Shown here: positions 48,263 through 62,325 of the stretch, in pieces
Layout of the letters: the number at the start of each line of letters is the position of its first letter
How positions within the stretch are numbered: position 1 is the first letter of the stretch
Origin: Eledone cirrhosa
Lineage: Eukaryota
Direction of reading: 5' to 3'
Length of the DNA stretch: 64,000 bases
NCBI GenBank assembly: GCA_964016885.1
Contig: OZ024743.1
Span: 290,160,001-290,224,000 of the forward strand
Translations under genes and position numbers: made by a program
The notes under the pieces: generated by a model
Seen by the model: only the letters and a program-made list of their open reading frames with translations
Databases searched by the model: none
What the model was told of the DNA's origin: nothing

Positions 48263-51200
48263 GGCCGCACATGTGTGAAGACAGACATGTCTGCGGGGGA
48301 AAAGGTTCGTAGCTTTAATGTGATGGGCAGGGTGATCCACTGGCACCTATGCAAAGTTTTAAAGTGTCTTTTTTTTGTATTTTCTTGTCATTAGCGAAAC
48401 TTAAGGCACACATCTTGATTTAAAGAGAGGGATACCTCTCAATATTCGGGCTTTAAGCCCGAATATTCAGATTTATTTTTTAAAAACTTCGAAAAAAATC
48501 GCTTCCCCACCAAAAGAAAATTATGGAAATTTTCGACCTTGAAACGGTAAACAACGTTCAGGTCAAAAGTTTAAAGGCAGCCACTGCATATTTCACCACG
48601 ACTACGACGGCTACAGTCATGCCTGTCATCCACTCTACTGAATGTGAAGGCAAAACTAAAAAGCTACCATCACAACCTTCTGCCATAGCAGCAGTATCAT
48701 CTGAAAACGACATCACCACCACCGCCACCACCACCACAACAACAACTCAGAGCAATAACGACAATAACACCGACAGCTTCAATGTAAACAAGGATGGCGG
48801 TGGCAACAGCAAGAATGACAACAACAACAATAAGAGCACCAGAAACACCACATTTGCTGCAGCAGCAGCAAAAACAAAGCGCTTATTGAAAATCGATATT
48901 GATATTAGCGATAACGACGAACAGTTGGCCAAAGCGTGGAGGCTAATTAAACGGGAGAAGTCCTGGGCAAACCTGACCATCCCGGACGAGGCAATAGCGG
49001 CCATGCAAAGGAGGACGGTGCTCTTTCGATGTATTTCGGTGCAGACACGAAAAGTGGAACTTGCGAGCCAAGCAGAGGTAGAGGCTGCTTTGGAGTACAT
49101 CGGAAGTAACATAGAGTACAAAGCAAGAGGCAAACAGTTCGGTACCATCTCCGTACTGTTCAAAACCGAGGCCCTCGCTATTAAGCACTCGGTGACCCCC
49201 TGCAGAACGGAACGCATTATCATGCATCCGTCCTATATGGGTAAAAGGACAGTGAAGGTACGCATTCCCAGCATCCCACCAGGAATGAACATATGGTGGC
49301 TGCTGGGATACGTAATCGAGGAGGGGACAGACACGCCCTCCTGGACATCAAAAGGACAGAGAGAGAGGACTGGTCCGGAATGGATTTGGAGATTCTTCTC
49401 TAAATGAAACCGGAGGATATGAATAACATCCCATATTTTGTCCGCCTGCAGGACGGACAAGAATCCAACTAATGATTGACGGAAGAAGGCCACGCTGCTT
49501 CGTTTGCGGGGAAGCAACGCATATTCAAGCCTTCTGCCCTCAGCGCAAACATGCAGGGGGTCGCAAACCTCCTTTGTTGCCAACGCCAGTGTCAGCACGG
49601 AAAGCTGCACCACCACCAGCACCAAAAAGAACATCAACAAAAACACGGACACCAACATCAAAAGCAGCCGGATCACCACCAACACCAAAACCAATCCAAG
49701 GAGAAAACGAGGAAAGCTCTCCCACTCCCCCTACCCCCCCCCCAATTAAACACATAGACAAAAAAAAAAAATAAACGCACACACAGACACAGAGACACCC
49801 TTTGTCTTCCAGCAGCGAAGATGAAGGAAAACCCAAAAGTGCAAAAAAACAGAGAAAACTCACCAAAAAAGCCCCAACAAAACATAAAAACACACACAAC
49901 AAAAAATACAGACACCACTAACGCAAACACTTTCCCAATAACATTAGCACCATCAGCAACATCGACACCACCTCAGAAACGCAAACAACCTAAACAAACA
50001 GAAGTACAAATAAACACACAAAACCTGAAATTGCAGACACCACACCGACAACAAACATAGACATACCCGAAACAACACCACCAAAACCATCGCCACCACC
50101 TTCACCAAAACGAAAACAAATAAAACCACACCAACAAAATGTTAAAAACTTCGTGCTTGTCAGAAGGGCCAACGATAAACTGATGGCCCTCTTAGCGCGA
50201 AGCGAGGACATTCAAACAGAGGGGAAGATTTTTGAAATGAGCACATTTTGCGTGCCAGAAGATTTGTTTCTGGTCCGAATGTCACTCAATTCCTTCAAAG
50301 AAATTCGAGAGAGCTTTCCTCAAGACGTGGGAAACCCGAACGTGAAATCCACATCAAGACTTTTAAAGGGCTTCCCAAAAGAAACCCCACCAACCATGGA
50401 GGTCGACCCGGGAGGTAAGTAAACCTTCCCCCTCTCTCTCTTAGCTTACCAATATGGCCATATTAAGAGTAGGAAGTTTAAATGTTCGCGGCCTGTGGTC
50501 ACCCTGGAAGCAGGGTCGCCTGCTCAACGACCTCCGGTCGCTGGAAATGGATGTGATTGCCTTAAGCGAGACCAGAATTTCCGACACGCGCGCACTAGCC
50601 CCCATTTTCGACGACTATCAGATCTTCGCATCTGTTAGCAGGCCGGGAATGGGGGGTGGGGTGGCAGTGCTGTTTAGGAAAGGACTGGATCTCGAGGTAA
50701 GGTGGATCTTCCGGGACCCGGACGGTAAGTTGGTGGTCTTGGATGTGAGCAGTAGCGAAGGTGGTGCCTTTAGACTGCTGGCCGTCTACGCTCCTACAGG
50801 GGCCGGACGACCTGACTTCTTTAGGCGCCTGGAGACCTTTCTGGGTACGTCTCGGCCTTTACTGTTAGCGGGGGACTGGAATGGCGTCTTAGACGCACGC
50901 TGGGATTGTGTGGGAGTAGCCGATAGGAGCGGGGGGTGCAAAAGCTTCAAGCACCTACTCAGCCAGTTCCAACTGTCTGACAGGTATCGACTAGATTTCC
51001 CCAATGTGCCAGTATGGACATGGACCAACCGAATGGGGTAATCTAGATCGTATATAGACAGAATCTTCATTAGGAAAATAGATAGAAATAGTGTGGGCTG
51101 TCCACTTTTTAAAACGGTCGCCTATTCAGATCACAAATTTGTGATCTGTACGGTCGACCTAAATAAAACGCGTAGGTTAGGACCGGGTTACATGTCATTT

Positions 51201-54132
51201 CCGGCACGTAAGGCTTACAGGGACCGAGTCAACAAGTTAGTTAAGAAAAAGTTGACAGGGGGGATCCTCAACAACAGATGGTGGGGGGCTCTCAAAAGAG
51301 AGATTAGAGTAACTTCGATAGAGTTCAGCAAAGAACTAGCGTTAGAGAAAAATAGAAATGAAGGGGAGCTGGTAGATAAGTTAGACGAGGATATTTGTAG
51401 TGGCATTGCAAATGACGTGCTAGCGGCGAGAATGGCATTAGACCAGTTCTTCAATGCCAAACACGAGGGTTGCATTGTCAGAGCTAAGGCGCGTGCGCTG
51501 AGAAACGAGGGAACTAAAGCTGTTCGATGGGCCCGCGTGGCGGAGGCGCAGCGTGGTAATAAAACCACAATTCGGTCCTTGTCGGACCGAGACGGACACG
51601 AGATAAGCGATTCCAAGCGGATGTATGAGGCTTTTCGCCAGCACTTTGCTCGGTTGTTCGGGGAGAGTAGCGAGTCAGAGAGAGTAGCGGATTTCAGTCC
51701 CTACCTTGACGGCTTGCCGCGCATCTCGACGGTCGACGCTGAGCGCTGCGAAAGGCCGATTACTTCAGCAGAAATTCAGGACGCCCTTGTCGGCTGCATG
51801 AGGCGTAAGTCACCCGGTTTGGATGGCCTGCCCTACGAGCTTTACGTAAATATGCCAGACTTGTTCTCCGAACTCCTCGAAGCACTCTACTGTAACTGGC
51901 AGCAGAATGGGAGTATTCCCAGTTCTGTGAGCAGGGGAGTGGTGACGCTGATAAGGAAAGACGAGAACAAGAGGGATACATTAGACAACTTCAGGCCCAT
52001 AACTGTGCTCAACACAGAGTTTAAGATTTTGGCCAAGGTGTTAGCAAAGAGATTGGCACTTGTCGTCGGGGATTTGGTTGGGGAGGCGCAAACTTGCGCA
52101 ATTCCAACCAGATCCATACACGACAATCTCCACCTCATGCGATACATCATAGAGAGGGTAGGGTGTAAACCTGGATTCGGTGGGGCACTGATCAATTTAG
52201 ATCAATCGAAATATTTCGATAGGGTCGACCATCAGTATCTGGAGTTTGTCCTCAAAGTAGCTGGTTTCGGCCCTGTCTTTAGAAGCTGGATCGTTGCAAT
52301 GCACAGCGGCACACGCTCGGTGGTCAAGGTTAATGGCCACCTCTCGGAACCATTCCGGCTCTCCCGATCGGTCCGTCAAGGGTGCCCTCTCTCTTCCCTT
52401 CTGTACGTATTGACTCTCGATCCTTTACTGCGGAAGCTGGAGCTGTAGCAGAGCATCCCGCTCGAACCGGGACGTGGAAAGGCGGTGTCGGCTTATGCGG
52501 ACGACATAATCGTGATGGTGTCGAACACCTCAGAAATCGAGGTGGTCTGCACCTTATTGAAGCAATATGAAAGGTTGACAGGAGCCAAACTTAACCCGGA
52601 AAAGTCGGTGGGCTTGCAGCTCGGAATCTGGAGAGGCAAGCCCATGCCGTCCAACAGCGTCATGGGGCGCTGGACGGACGGACCAGTAAAGTTGCTCGGG
52701 GTTTGGTTCGGACCAGACCTCCAGGTGGAAAAGAATTGGGACGAGGTAACGAGCAGAGTAGCCAGTCTCACCAAAAAATGGGCTGGGAGGAAGCTATCAC
52801 TGAAAGGTCGAGCGGAGGTGGCGAATGCGTACATCGCGTCCGTCATCTACTAACCGTCGTGCCTTGCCCCCGTCCGCGCCTTGTCAAGTTGGAACGGCTC
52901 CTCTTCAAATTCTTGTGGAGGGAACAAGTTCCGTTGGTGAGGCGGTCCATCTGCTGCCAGTACCCTCTACGCAGAGGGCTGGGCATGCCGTGGCTAATGA
53001 TGCGCAGACATGCGTTGAGGCTGCGACATCTCCAGATATTCTGCCTTAATGGTGAACAGGTGTGGTCGCCGTTTACAGACGGGCCTTTCCGCAGCTCATT
53101 TCTTTGACTGAGCTGCAGTCCTGGGTCAAGAAGAGACCGAGACTGGGTGACTGGCACCTGGAATGTTGCCAGGCACTCACTGCCCTCTACCAAGCGGGCA
53201 ATGCGATCAGTGGAACTTCCACTCTCGAGTTATATAGAGGATTAGTGGTGGGCAAGCGCGATGACGCACTCGGAGAAGCTTTGGGCCTCGACGAAGTCGA
53301 ACTGACCAGTCTGTACCGGAGGACTTTTGAACCGGGGAAGATGGACAATTTCCAGAAATCCCTCGCTTGGCAGTGCTACCGGGGGGCACTGCCGGTTCGG
53401 GATAAACTCTACAGGCACGGAAGTGCGGTCAGACGGGCCTGCCCAAGATGCGCACAGAACGACGAAACCGTTCTGCACGCACTTGTCCAATGTCCGTGCA
53501 TTACTGACTTGTAGAGTTATGTCGAACAGCTACTGTCGCGTGTGGAACGAATCCGGTTATCGGCCGAGTCCATAGTGAAGATCGAGCCGCCACCTTCCTT
53601 AGGTCAGGAAGAGCAGGACATTTTCCTGTCTGGTGGCAGTTGCGAAAGAGATTATATGGTGGACCACGTTGAAAGGACTAAAGACAGACACTTTTCTCTT
53701 CGGCCAATCCCTCATCAACTTCTTCAAGTTTCACCTGGAAAGGAGGGTGAGGGTGGAGAGAGAAGTGCTGCCCTCCAGTACATTTGCTAAAAGGTGGGTG
53801 AATGTGGCGAGAATGGCTCGTGTGAATGGGCCTACTCTGACCATGCGCCAATAGGCTGGCTAACTTGAGGAGAGGGGTGCTCTCCTGGGTGCCCTAGAAG
53901 GGTAGGGTGGTTCAGGATTGGTGGGGTACCCGAATCACCCCAGGGTCGTCCATCCCCTATCGGGGAATTTATTATGTTATATTTATGCATAGTTTATTTT
54001 ATATTTTTATATTTTCATTGTTAAATTAGTCTTGCCATTGTGCACTTTTACTCGACCTTATTGTAAACCCCCACTGTCCCTGTCTTTGTATTGTCCCCTA
54101 CATGTCGGCCCTTGCGGCTAATAAATGAAATC
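48263..54132 (+). mobile_element. Full-length but disrupted Tx1/L1-like LINE, copy B (different subfamily)
   Basis: ORF1 pieces 48523-50422 (CFVCGEATHIQAFC); ORF2 pieces 50454-53854 with stops and frameshifts; ends aataaatgaaatc + (ATT)n. Confidence 0.93.
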
Positions 54133-54189
54133 ATTATTACTATTATTATTATTATTATTATTATTATTACTACTATTATTATTATTATT

Positions 54190-57100
54190 GAATGCTATGG
54201 TTGACGGAGGCTCGGCTCTGTAAGGTATTGTAAATTTTGACCGCTATAACAATTGTAAATTGTTTAAAACTTTAACCAAATTGTAGACAAAAACACCCTC
54301 CACCTCGTGAGAGGGGTCTTTCTGCCCCTTATCTGGCCTATCGGGGTTAAATAGCCGCTTATTGGGGTGTTGTGCCCAATATTTATTTTAAACAAAAAAA
54401 CAACATGGCCACGAAAAAGAATTTTCATAGGTCACTCCCACTCATTCCGTCTTCTTCTTCCTCAATCGTCACTACAGCAGAGAGAAGATTGTCTCTCTCC
54501 TCCCTTCTCTAAATGTGTCTCTCACCCTCCCTTCTCTTTCGAAAGCGACGCCAGTAAAGAAAAATAGTTTACAAAATCACATGAAAAACATGGAAGATTT
54601 CTCCACGACGACGACAACGACGAAAAAGGTGTGCGGGAAATACGAAAACCCATTTCATTCGTCTGACGTCATGAATAATAGCAGTAGCAGCCGTAATGAC
54701 AGCAGCAGCAGCAACAGTGACAAGGAAAACAACCGTAGCAGCCGAAACAGCATCAGCAGCAGCAAAAACAACAACAGCATTAGCAGCAACAGCAACAACA
54801 ACATCAGCAGCAACAACAACAACAACAACCACAGCAACAGCGGCGGCGGCAGTAGTCGCAGTACCTGCAGCAACAACAAAAGTAACAGCAGCTCTGACGA
54901 CAACAACAACAACAGCAGCAAAGAAAAACCAATCTCGTTTGCAGGTATCGCAAAGAACCTGGAAACCATCCTCATAACACATGAGGAATTACAGGAAGCG
55001 AAGAAGATGGTGACGAAAACCGGACACCGAGCAATCTGCAAGGCAGCCAAAAAGTTTTTCGAAACCCAACAGCACCGTACGGTCACGTACCGTACAGTAA
55101 CCACAAAATCCCGTAGGGTTGAAAGAGCCACAGAGGCTCAAATACAAAAAGCCTTATGGTCTGTGTGCAGCGTAAAACGCATATCACCCGAGGCAAGAAA
55201 TATGCCACCGTAGACGGGCTTTTTACCACACCCAGGAGGCAAAGGCTCAATCCTTAGTGACTCTAAGGAGCGAGGAAATGGTGTTGGTGCCCTCCTACTG
55301 CGGGCAAAAAATTGTGAGGGTTAAACTGACCCACGTCCCTCCCCGGGATGGCCCCTTCTTGGCTGGCTGCGTCTGTCCTCGTCGTAATCGAGGACAAAAC
55401 AACCGTACTGCAAGTACAGAAATGAGTAAGAGAAGATTGGGACGGCACCTCCATTGAGATGTTAATCCAAACCAACCAGGAGTGCATCGAAGCTATCCCG
55501 GATGTGACAAACTTCGATAACGGCACTCAACTGCCCATATGTGTTGAGGGCAAACGCCCGAAATGCTTTCGCTGTGGATCGAAGACTCACCTCAGGGCCT
55601 TCTGCAACGAGAAGACCCTGAGAAAGGAGAAAACCGCCCTCCTTCCGAATCCGGCTCCACTGCTACCAGCAACAGGACAAGCGGCAACCAGGAACGATAG
55701 GACCGTGGCACCCATACCCAAGCCACGGAAATCAAGAACAGCAGCAGCAGCGGAAGTATTAACAACAACAACAGTAATACCAACTGCAGCTCCAACAGAG
55801 ACTTCACTGCAAACATCAACAACAACAAGTGAAAGAGTGGAGCTGGTACCCCTCCCCGAACTCACAGAATCAGATATGGAGTGTGAGGTGGGAGAGGGAT
55901 GGCAAAAGGTCGCAAGAAGGCACAAATGCAGAAACAGCGCATCGTCGCCTTCGAAAAGGGAGGAAAGAAATGAAAAAAGGGTAAAGGCTACTGCAAAGAG
56001 ACTCACAGCAGCAACACCACCAACACCATCACCACCCACACTAGCACCACCATCACCACCGGCGACAACGCCACCGCCAACAACAACAACACCTTCAACA
56101 TCACCACCACAAGCACCAACATCGCAAACACAACAACAAAACACACACACCCTGTAACAACGACAAGAAAAAAGCAGAACGACACCCCACCCCCAGGAAA
56201 ACAAATGCACGGCAATAAATACACACAACAAGAAACTAATGACTTACATAATTGAACACAGACATTTCACAGCACGACTACATAATACCAGCACCAATCA
56301 AAACGCCAACGAATATAAGACTGCTAAAAATAGCACAGAAACAATACACAAACATTAAAACGAAATTCCCCAACGCAGTTGGTGATTTCATAGACCTAGG
56401 AGGGACTCTCAACTGCAGAGTATATTCGGACATACTCATAGAAGAGCCGACGACCAGCCGAAAGGACGATTCAACGGTCCCTTCACCAGACGATCCAGTG
56501 AAAAGGGATTGAGAAACTATCCTTCCTCTACGAAAAGTACGGTAAGTGGTCTTTCCCATCTTTTCCACTCTATTTTAAACATGAACTTACTCAAAATAGG
56601 CAGCATAAATGCGCGTGGTGTGGGGTCGTCATGGAAGCAGGGTCACCTGCTCAACGACCTCAGGTCACTAAACATAGATATAGTGGCCATCAGCGAGACC
56701 AGAATCTCCGAAGCACGGGCCTTCGCATCGATCTTCGGCGGCTACGATGTGTACGCATCTCCCAGCCGTCCTGGATCGTGGGGAGGAGTTGCTGTGATTT
56801 TTCGGAGAGGTTTGGAGCTCGCCATACGGGCCGTTTTCCTGGACCCAGAGGGTAAGTTGGTGGTGCTGGACGTGACCAGCGGAGACGGGCAAACTTTCAG
56901 GCTAGTGGCCGTCTAGAGCCCGACAGGAGCAGGGCGGCCTGATTTCTTCCGGCGTCTGGAGACCTTTCTTGGAACTTACCGCTCTTTAGTGTTAGTGGGC
57001 GACTGGACCGGGATCTTAGATGCACGCTGGGACTGTGTGGGATTAGCGGATAGGGGTGGAGGGTGCAAGAGCCTCACCAAAGTGCTCAGGCGTATTGAAC

Positions 57101-59602
57101 TGTCTGACAGGTACCGATTGGATTTCCCGAATGTGCCAGCGACACTCGCTCAGATGTTCAGGAGCAGCGGTGGGCCGGGTCGAGGGATGGACTTTAGTGT
57201 CTACCTCAACGGACTGTCGCGGCTCTCGGCAATTGAGACGGAGTGTTGCGAAAAGCCGATAACAGCCGCTGAAGTACGGGAGGCAATGACTGGCTGCACA
57301 AGGGGTAAATCGCTGGTTTGGATGGTCTGCCCTATGAACTTTACGTACAGATGCCAGACTTGTTCGGAGGCCTCTTGGCGAACGTCTACTGCAAATGGCA
57401 ACAGAACGGGAGAATTCCGAGCTCTGTGAGCCGAGGAGCGGTGGCACTGCTGAGAACGGATCCGAACAAGGGGGATAACATAGATAATTTCAGGCCCATA
57501 ACTCTGCTAAACACAGAGTTCAAGATGTTAGCCAAGGTACTAGAAAAGAGGTTGTCGCTTGTCGTTGGTGGTCTGGTGGGATAGGCGCATACATGCGCCA
57601 TTCCCGACATATCCATCCACGACAACCTCTACCTCATGCGTTACATCGTAGAGAGGGTAGCTATGTAACCTGGCACGGATGGGTCCTTGATCAGTTTAGA
57701 TCAGTCGAAAGCTTTCGATAGGTTCGACCATCGTTACCTAGCGGCAGTCCTGAGGGGGGCTGGCTTTGGGCCCTTCTTCAGAGGTGGATCGCTGCCATGC
57801 ACAGCGACATCTGCTCTGTGGTGAGAGTGAAAGGTCACCTTTCGGAACAGTTCAACATCATGCGCTCGGTCCGCCAAGGATGTCTCCTATCGTCCCTCTT
57901 GTACGTATTGACTCTCGAGCCATTACTGCACAAACTGGAGACGTTGAGGGGGGTCCGCGCGAACTAGGATGCGGAAGATTCGTGTCAGCATATGCGGACG
58001 ATGTCACCGTAGTGGTGTCGAACGCCAAACACATCGAGGCGATCGGCACTACACTAAGAGAATACGAAGCGGTGACAGGAACAATGATCAACCAGGAAAA
58101 GTCAGTGGGCCTGCAGCTCGGCACCTGGAGAAGCAGGTCCATGCCGTCCAACAGCGTCGCCGGGCGCTGGACGGACGGACCAGTTAAATTGCTCGGGGTC
58201 TGTTTCGGTCCGGATCTCCAGACGGACAAAAACTGGGACGAGGTGAGGAGCAGGGTGGCTTCTCTCACCCAGAAATGGGCCGAGAGGAAGCTATCCCTGA
58301 AAACTCGAGCGGAGGTGGCTCACGCGTATATCGCGTCCGTCATCTACTACCGCCTGACCGTCGTACCTTGTCCTAAATTACGCCTGACTGCGCTGAAGCG
58401 TTTGCTCTTTTGCCTTTTGTGGAATGGATGCGCTCCGATGGTCAGGCGGTGCATCTGCTGTCAACACCCGCTACGTGGATGGCTGGGAATGCCGTAGTTG
58501 ATGATGCGCAGACACGCGCTCAGGCTACGACATATCCACCTATTCCTCGACGGTGATGAGGTGTGGTCTCCTTTTGCTAGACACGTTTTTCCCCAGCTCG
58601 TCTCCTTGACGGAGCTGCAGTCCTGGGTCAAGCGAAGACCGAGAGGTAAAGCTTGGAGACTGAAATTTCTTCAGGCGCTCACAGCCCTCGACCAATCGGG
58701 CAATGTGATCGGTGGAAACTCCACCTTGGCGTTCTATAGAGGATTAGTGGAGGGGAAGAGCGACGACGTACTTGGAGAAACTCTAGGCGTCGACGAAAAT
58801 CAACTAGCCAATCTCTTCGGAAGAACTTTCGGGCCGGGGCTTATGGACAACTTCCAAAAATCCCTGGCCTGGCAGTGCTACCGAGGATCTTTGCCAGTTC
58901 GGGATAAACTCTACAGGAATGGCGGTGTCGTCAGGCGGGCATGTCCGAGATGCGCGCAGGGCGACGAAACCGTCCTGCACGCACTCGTCCAGTGTCCGAG
59001 CATTGCTGACTTGTGGGTTTATGTCGAACACCTGCTGTCGCGTGTAGGACGGATCGAGCTATCAGCTGAGTCCATCGTGAGGATTGCCCCTACCTCTTCC
59101 TTTAGCCGTGAAGGGCAGGCAGTTTTTATCTGTCTGGTGGCTATGGCGAAAGAGATAGTATGGTGGACACGTTTGAAAGGGCTGAAGACGAGCACTTACC
59201 TCTTCGGTGATGCCCTGATTAACTTTTTCAAATTTCATTTGAAAACGAAAATCAGGCTAGAAAAGGAAGTGCTCTCTTCCCAGCATTTTGTTGAAAGATG
59301 GGTGAGAGAAGCAAGAATGGCCCGAGTGAATGGGCCTACTCTGAGTATGTGTCTGTAAATTAAAGGTGGAAAACTGGGAGAGGGCACTTGCCCTGGTGGT
59401 CAGGGTCACTGTGGTCTTTTAATGGGCTTTCTCCACAAATGTCCCTCGGAAGTCTCCCCCCTATTGGGGAATTTTTCTTTGTTATTTTATTACATCCTCT
59501 GTTTTTTTTACACGCAGAAATGCCCATTTGTACCGTCCTGTATTGTCCTGTACTGTCTTTAATATCTACTTCATGTAAACCCTTGTGGTTAATAAAGAAA
59601 AC
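54190..59602 (+). mobile_element. Disrupted Tx1/L1-like LINE, copy C (~640 bp internal deletion at ~57138)
   Basis: ORF1 pieces with CFRCGSKTHLRAFC. ORF2 56581-59358 is closely similar to copy A but has several stops. Ends aataaagaaaac + (ATT)n. Confidence 0.93.
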
Positions 59603-59634
59603 ATTATTATTATTATTATTATTATTCTTACTAT

Positions 59635-59847
59635 AATGGTTTCTTATATAGGCAGAAGGCCAGTGATTTGGGGGGGAGGGGAAAGTCGATTAAATCGACC
59701 CCAGTGCGCTATTGGTACTATATTTTATAGACCCCATAAGGATGAAAGGGAAAGTTAACCTCGGCGGCATTTGAACTCAGAATGGCAAGGGCCTTAACTC
59801 TATACGTCGAAGCATGGCGTCCGACCCTCTACCGATACTGCCAATCC
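59635..59847 (-). mobile_element. tRNA-derived SINE
   Basis: Reverse complement matches 18299-18490 (ttggcagtatcggtagagggtcgg...gagttcaaatgccgccgaggttaacttt). Sits at the right edge of the ATT array. Confidence 0.82.
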
Positions 59848-60994
59848 AATAATAATGATTATTATTATCATCCTGCTCTCCTCCTCCCCCTCGAACTTAT
59901 CTCCTTCCTCCCCCTACTAACCCCACCGCCTCTTCCTCCTTCTCTACTTCATCATCATTACTTCAGGGGCCTCCCTAAATGCAGCTTGTAGGATTTTGAA
60001 TTAATACCTAGTTTTACAACTTGACGCTTTTCATGTTTGGGATTATTTTACCAGCAGACAACTCAGAATTAGGCATTGAGAAGGATAATTTAACAATAGG
60101 TCTCAAACAAAGGTTAAAAGATTCAATTACCATTGAAATAGCATAATAGGAAGCTGGAAAAAGTTTCTGGGGCTACGTGTTGTTCGTGATTGCGGAGGTG
60201 GTAGATGATAAGAGAGTATTTTTCAATCTAGAAGAAACATAAAATGCATAGAGTGCCGCTACATTACATGATTTTAAATTATCTGGTAGCATAAAGCATC
60301 GAATGACTAATCTGGTAGTCACTGCAAATGATAGTCTAAGCGACTGCTTTTTTTATTTTGTTACGTCTCTGCAATTTACACATAATAGCATGTGGGTGAA
60401 AATAGTCTAGATGTACATGCAGATCATTATGATCTCAACATGTACACGAGACACTCCATTTTTCTTATATTTATATATTTTCCTCAGCTGAGACCTGTCT
60501 GTTTCTTTCTTACAGCGTCGCCTCTCTCTGTATCTCTCACCTTCTTTTTACCCCCTCTGCCAGTCACACTCTCTCTCAGCTGGCCTCTTCCTCACACTTC
60601 CACTCACTCACTCTCTGCTTCACCCCTCTCTCACTTCCTCCGGTTTGACCTATATGAACTCCCTTTCTCGCTCAGATCTCACCCAGGTCGGATGGTCTGT
60701 ATCTCTCGTCCATGATTTCACCAAGCTTAAGCTTATAGATATCATGTACTTGTGTCTTCCTATCTTTCCCTTGCTATACCCTCTTTGTTTGTTTACTGTC
60801 TCGCTCGCTTCACCCTATTTTACTTGTCCCAATAACTTTATTTAGCTATTGCTCGCACCAACCAGAGGTATATGATTTTTAAAGCGATGAAATATCAATG
60901 AAGGTTGGAAGATCACTGATGAAGGACTAATTTTATTCATATATAATCTATGTGCAACCACGAAGCACTCCATTTTTCTTATATAAATATAAAG

Positions 60995-61833
60995 ATTAAT
61001 CATATTATAAGGTATCTATTTTTGAAGTTCTGGTCAACTTTATTTAGTTACTTACCTAGCTGTGTGTGGTTACACACTCGTAAACATTATCATCTGTGAT
61101 TATTCATGTTTATTTATATGTTAATCAATCTCTAGTTATTATAAAATGCTCGGACCTACTCATTAGAATCTTAGAGGATATTTTGCGGGTGATATGGCGC
61201 ATGTCTTTCTGGCATGACACGCATAATTTTGATTTAGATTAAATTCCTTTGATTTATCTTAATTTTGGATATATATATATAAATACGGCTCCTTAATTGT
61301 AGAGCTAACTCTGTTGAAAGGACTCGACTGCTGTTTCTAGTTGTCGATAACCATATTCACGCGACTGGGACGAAGCTAGTATAATGTGTGTATTTCTAGT
61401 AAATACTACACGTGGTGCTGGCCAGTTGCTGATTTGAACTTGAAGTGTAAACACGGGTTGCTGGAACTTCTTCCTTGTTGAAAATCCAAGTCTCCCCTTC
61501 AGTGGTTTACCATCTGATTAATTGGTGAAATATATTTCTTTAATGGAATATATACAGGGAATATTAATCATATTATAAGGTATCTATTTTTGAAGTTCTG
61601 GTCAACTTTATTTAGTTACCTACCTAGGTGTGTGTGGTTACACACTTGTAAACATTATCACCTGTGATTATTCATGTTTATTATATGTTAATCAATCTCT
61701 AGTTATTATAAAATGCTCGGACCTACTCATTAGAATCTTAGAGGTTATTTTGCGGGTGATATGGCGCATGTCTTTCTAGCATGACACCCATAATTTTGAT
61801 TTAGATTAAATTCATGTGATTCATCTTAATTTT

Positions 61834-61836
<3 letters not shown>
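60995..61836. repeat. Dispersed repeat, ~1.5 tandem units (period ~567 bp)
   Basis: 60995-61275 is repeated at 61562-61836. Homologous to 10665-11421. Confidence 0.85.
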
Positions 61837-61894
<58 letters not shown>

Positions 61895-61896
<2 letters not shown>

Positions 61897-62325
61897 TGTT
61901 ATATTTAAATTGTTGGGATACAACAAGCAAATATTTTTATAACTGATATAAAGCACTCAACAAATTATTGGAGTAAAAATACGATATATTATTATACATA
62001 TTTCAAGGACACTAAGTCAAATTATGGTGCGCTTTCATCAGATAAAATATAATATAGATCTGTTTTATAAATAAATATTGACATACCCCCCTTAAAGAAT
62101 ACGACCATTTCTGTTGGAAGCTCCACTATCCGGGAGCTTCCAACAGAAATGGTCGCATTCTTTAAGGGTATGTCAATATTTATTTATAAAACTGATCTAT
62201 ATTATATTTTATCTGATGAAAGCGCACCATAATTTGACATGGTGTCCTTGAAATATGTATAATGAAATAAATATGGTTTTATAAATATAGTTTCCATTTG
62301 TTAATATATCGTATATATATATATA
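61895..62325 (-). mobile_element. Fold-back element H (family of G)
   Basis: Arms ~61990-62124 / 62133-62265 with an 8-nt loop. The extension shares agcactcaaca..tggagta with 28672-28699; (TA)n flanks. Confidence 0.8.
62205..62269 (+). ncRNA. Type I hammerhead ribozyme
   Basis: tattttat-ctgatga-a-(agcgcaccat...atggtgtcct)-t-gaaa-tatgtat-a-atgaaata. Mirror copy at ~61988-62049. Confidence 0.75.

Noticed and set aside
50415-50444. 30-nt GT..AG micro-intron fusing ORF1 to ORF2 in Tx1-B
   Set aside because: Too short, removal does not put ORF2 in frame, and copies A and C lack the AG.
60912-60970. ctgatga motif
   Set aside because: No matching GAAA or stems.
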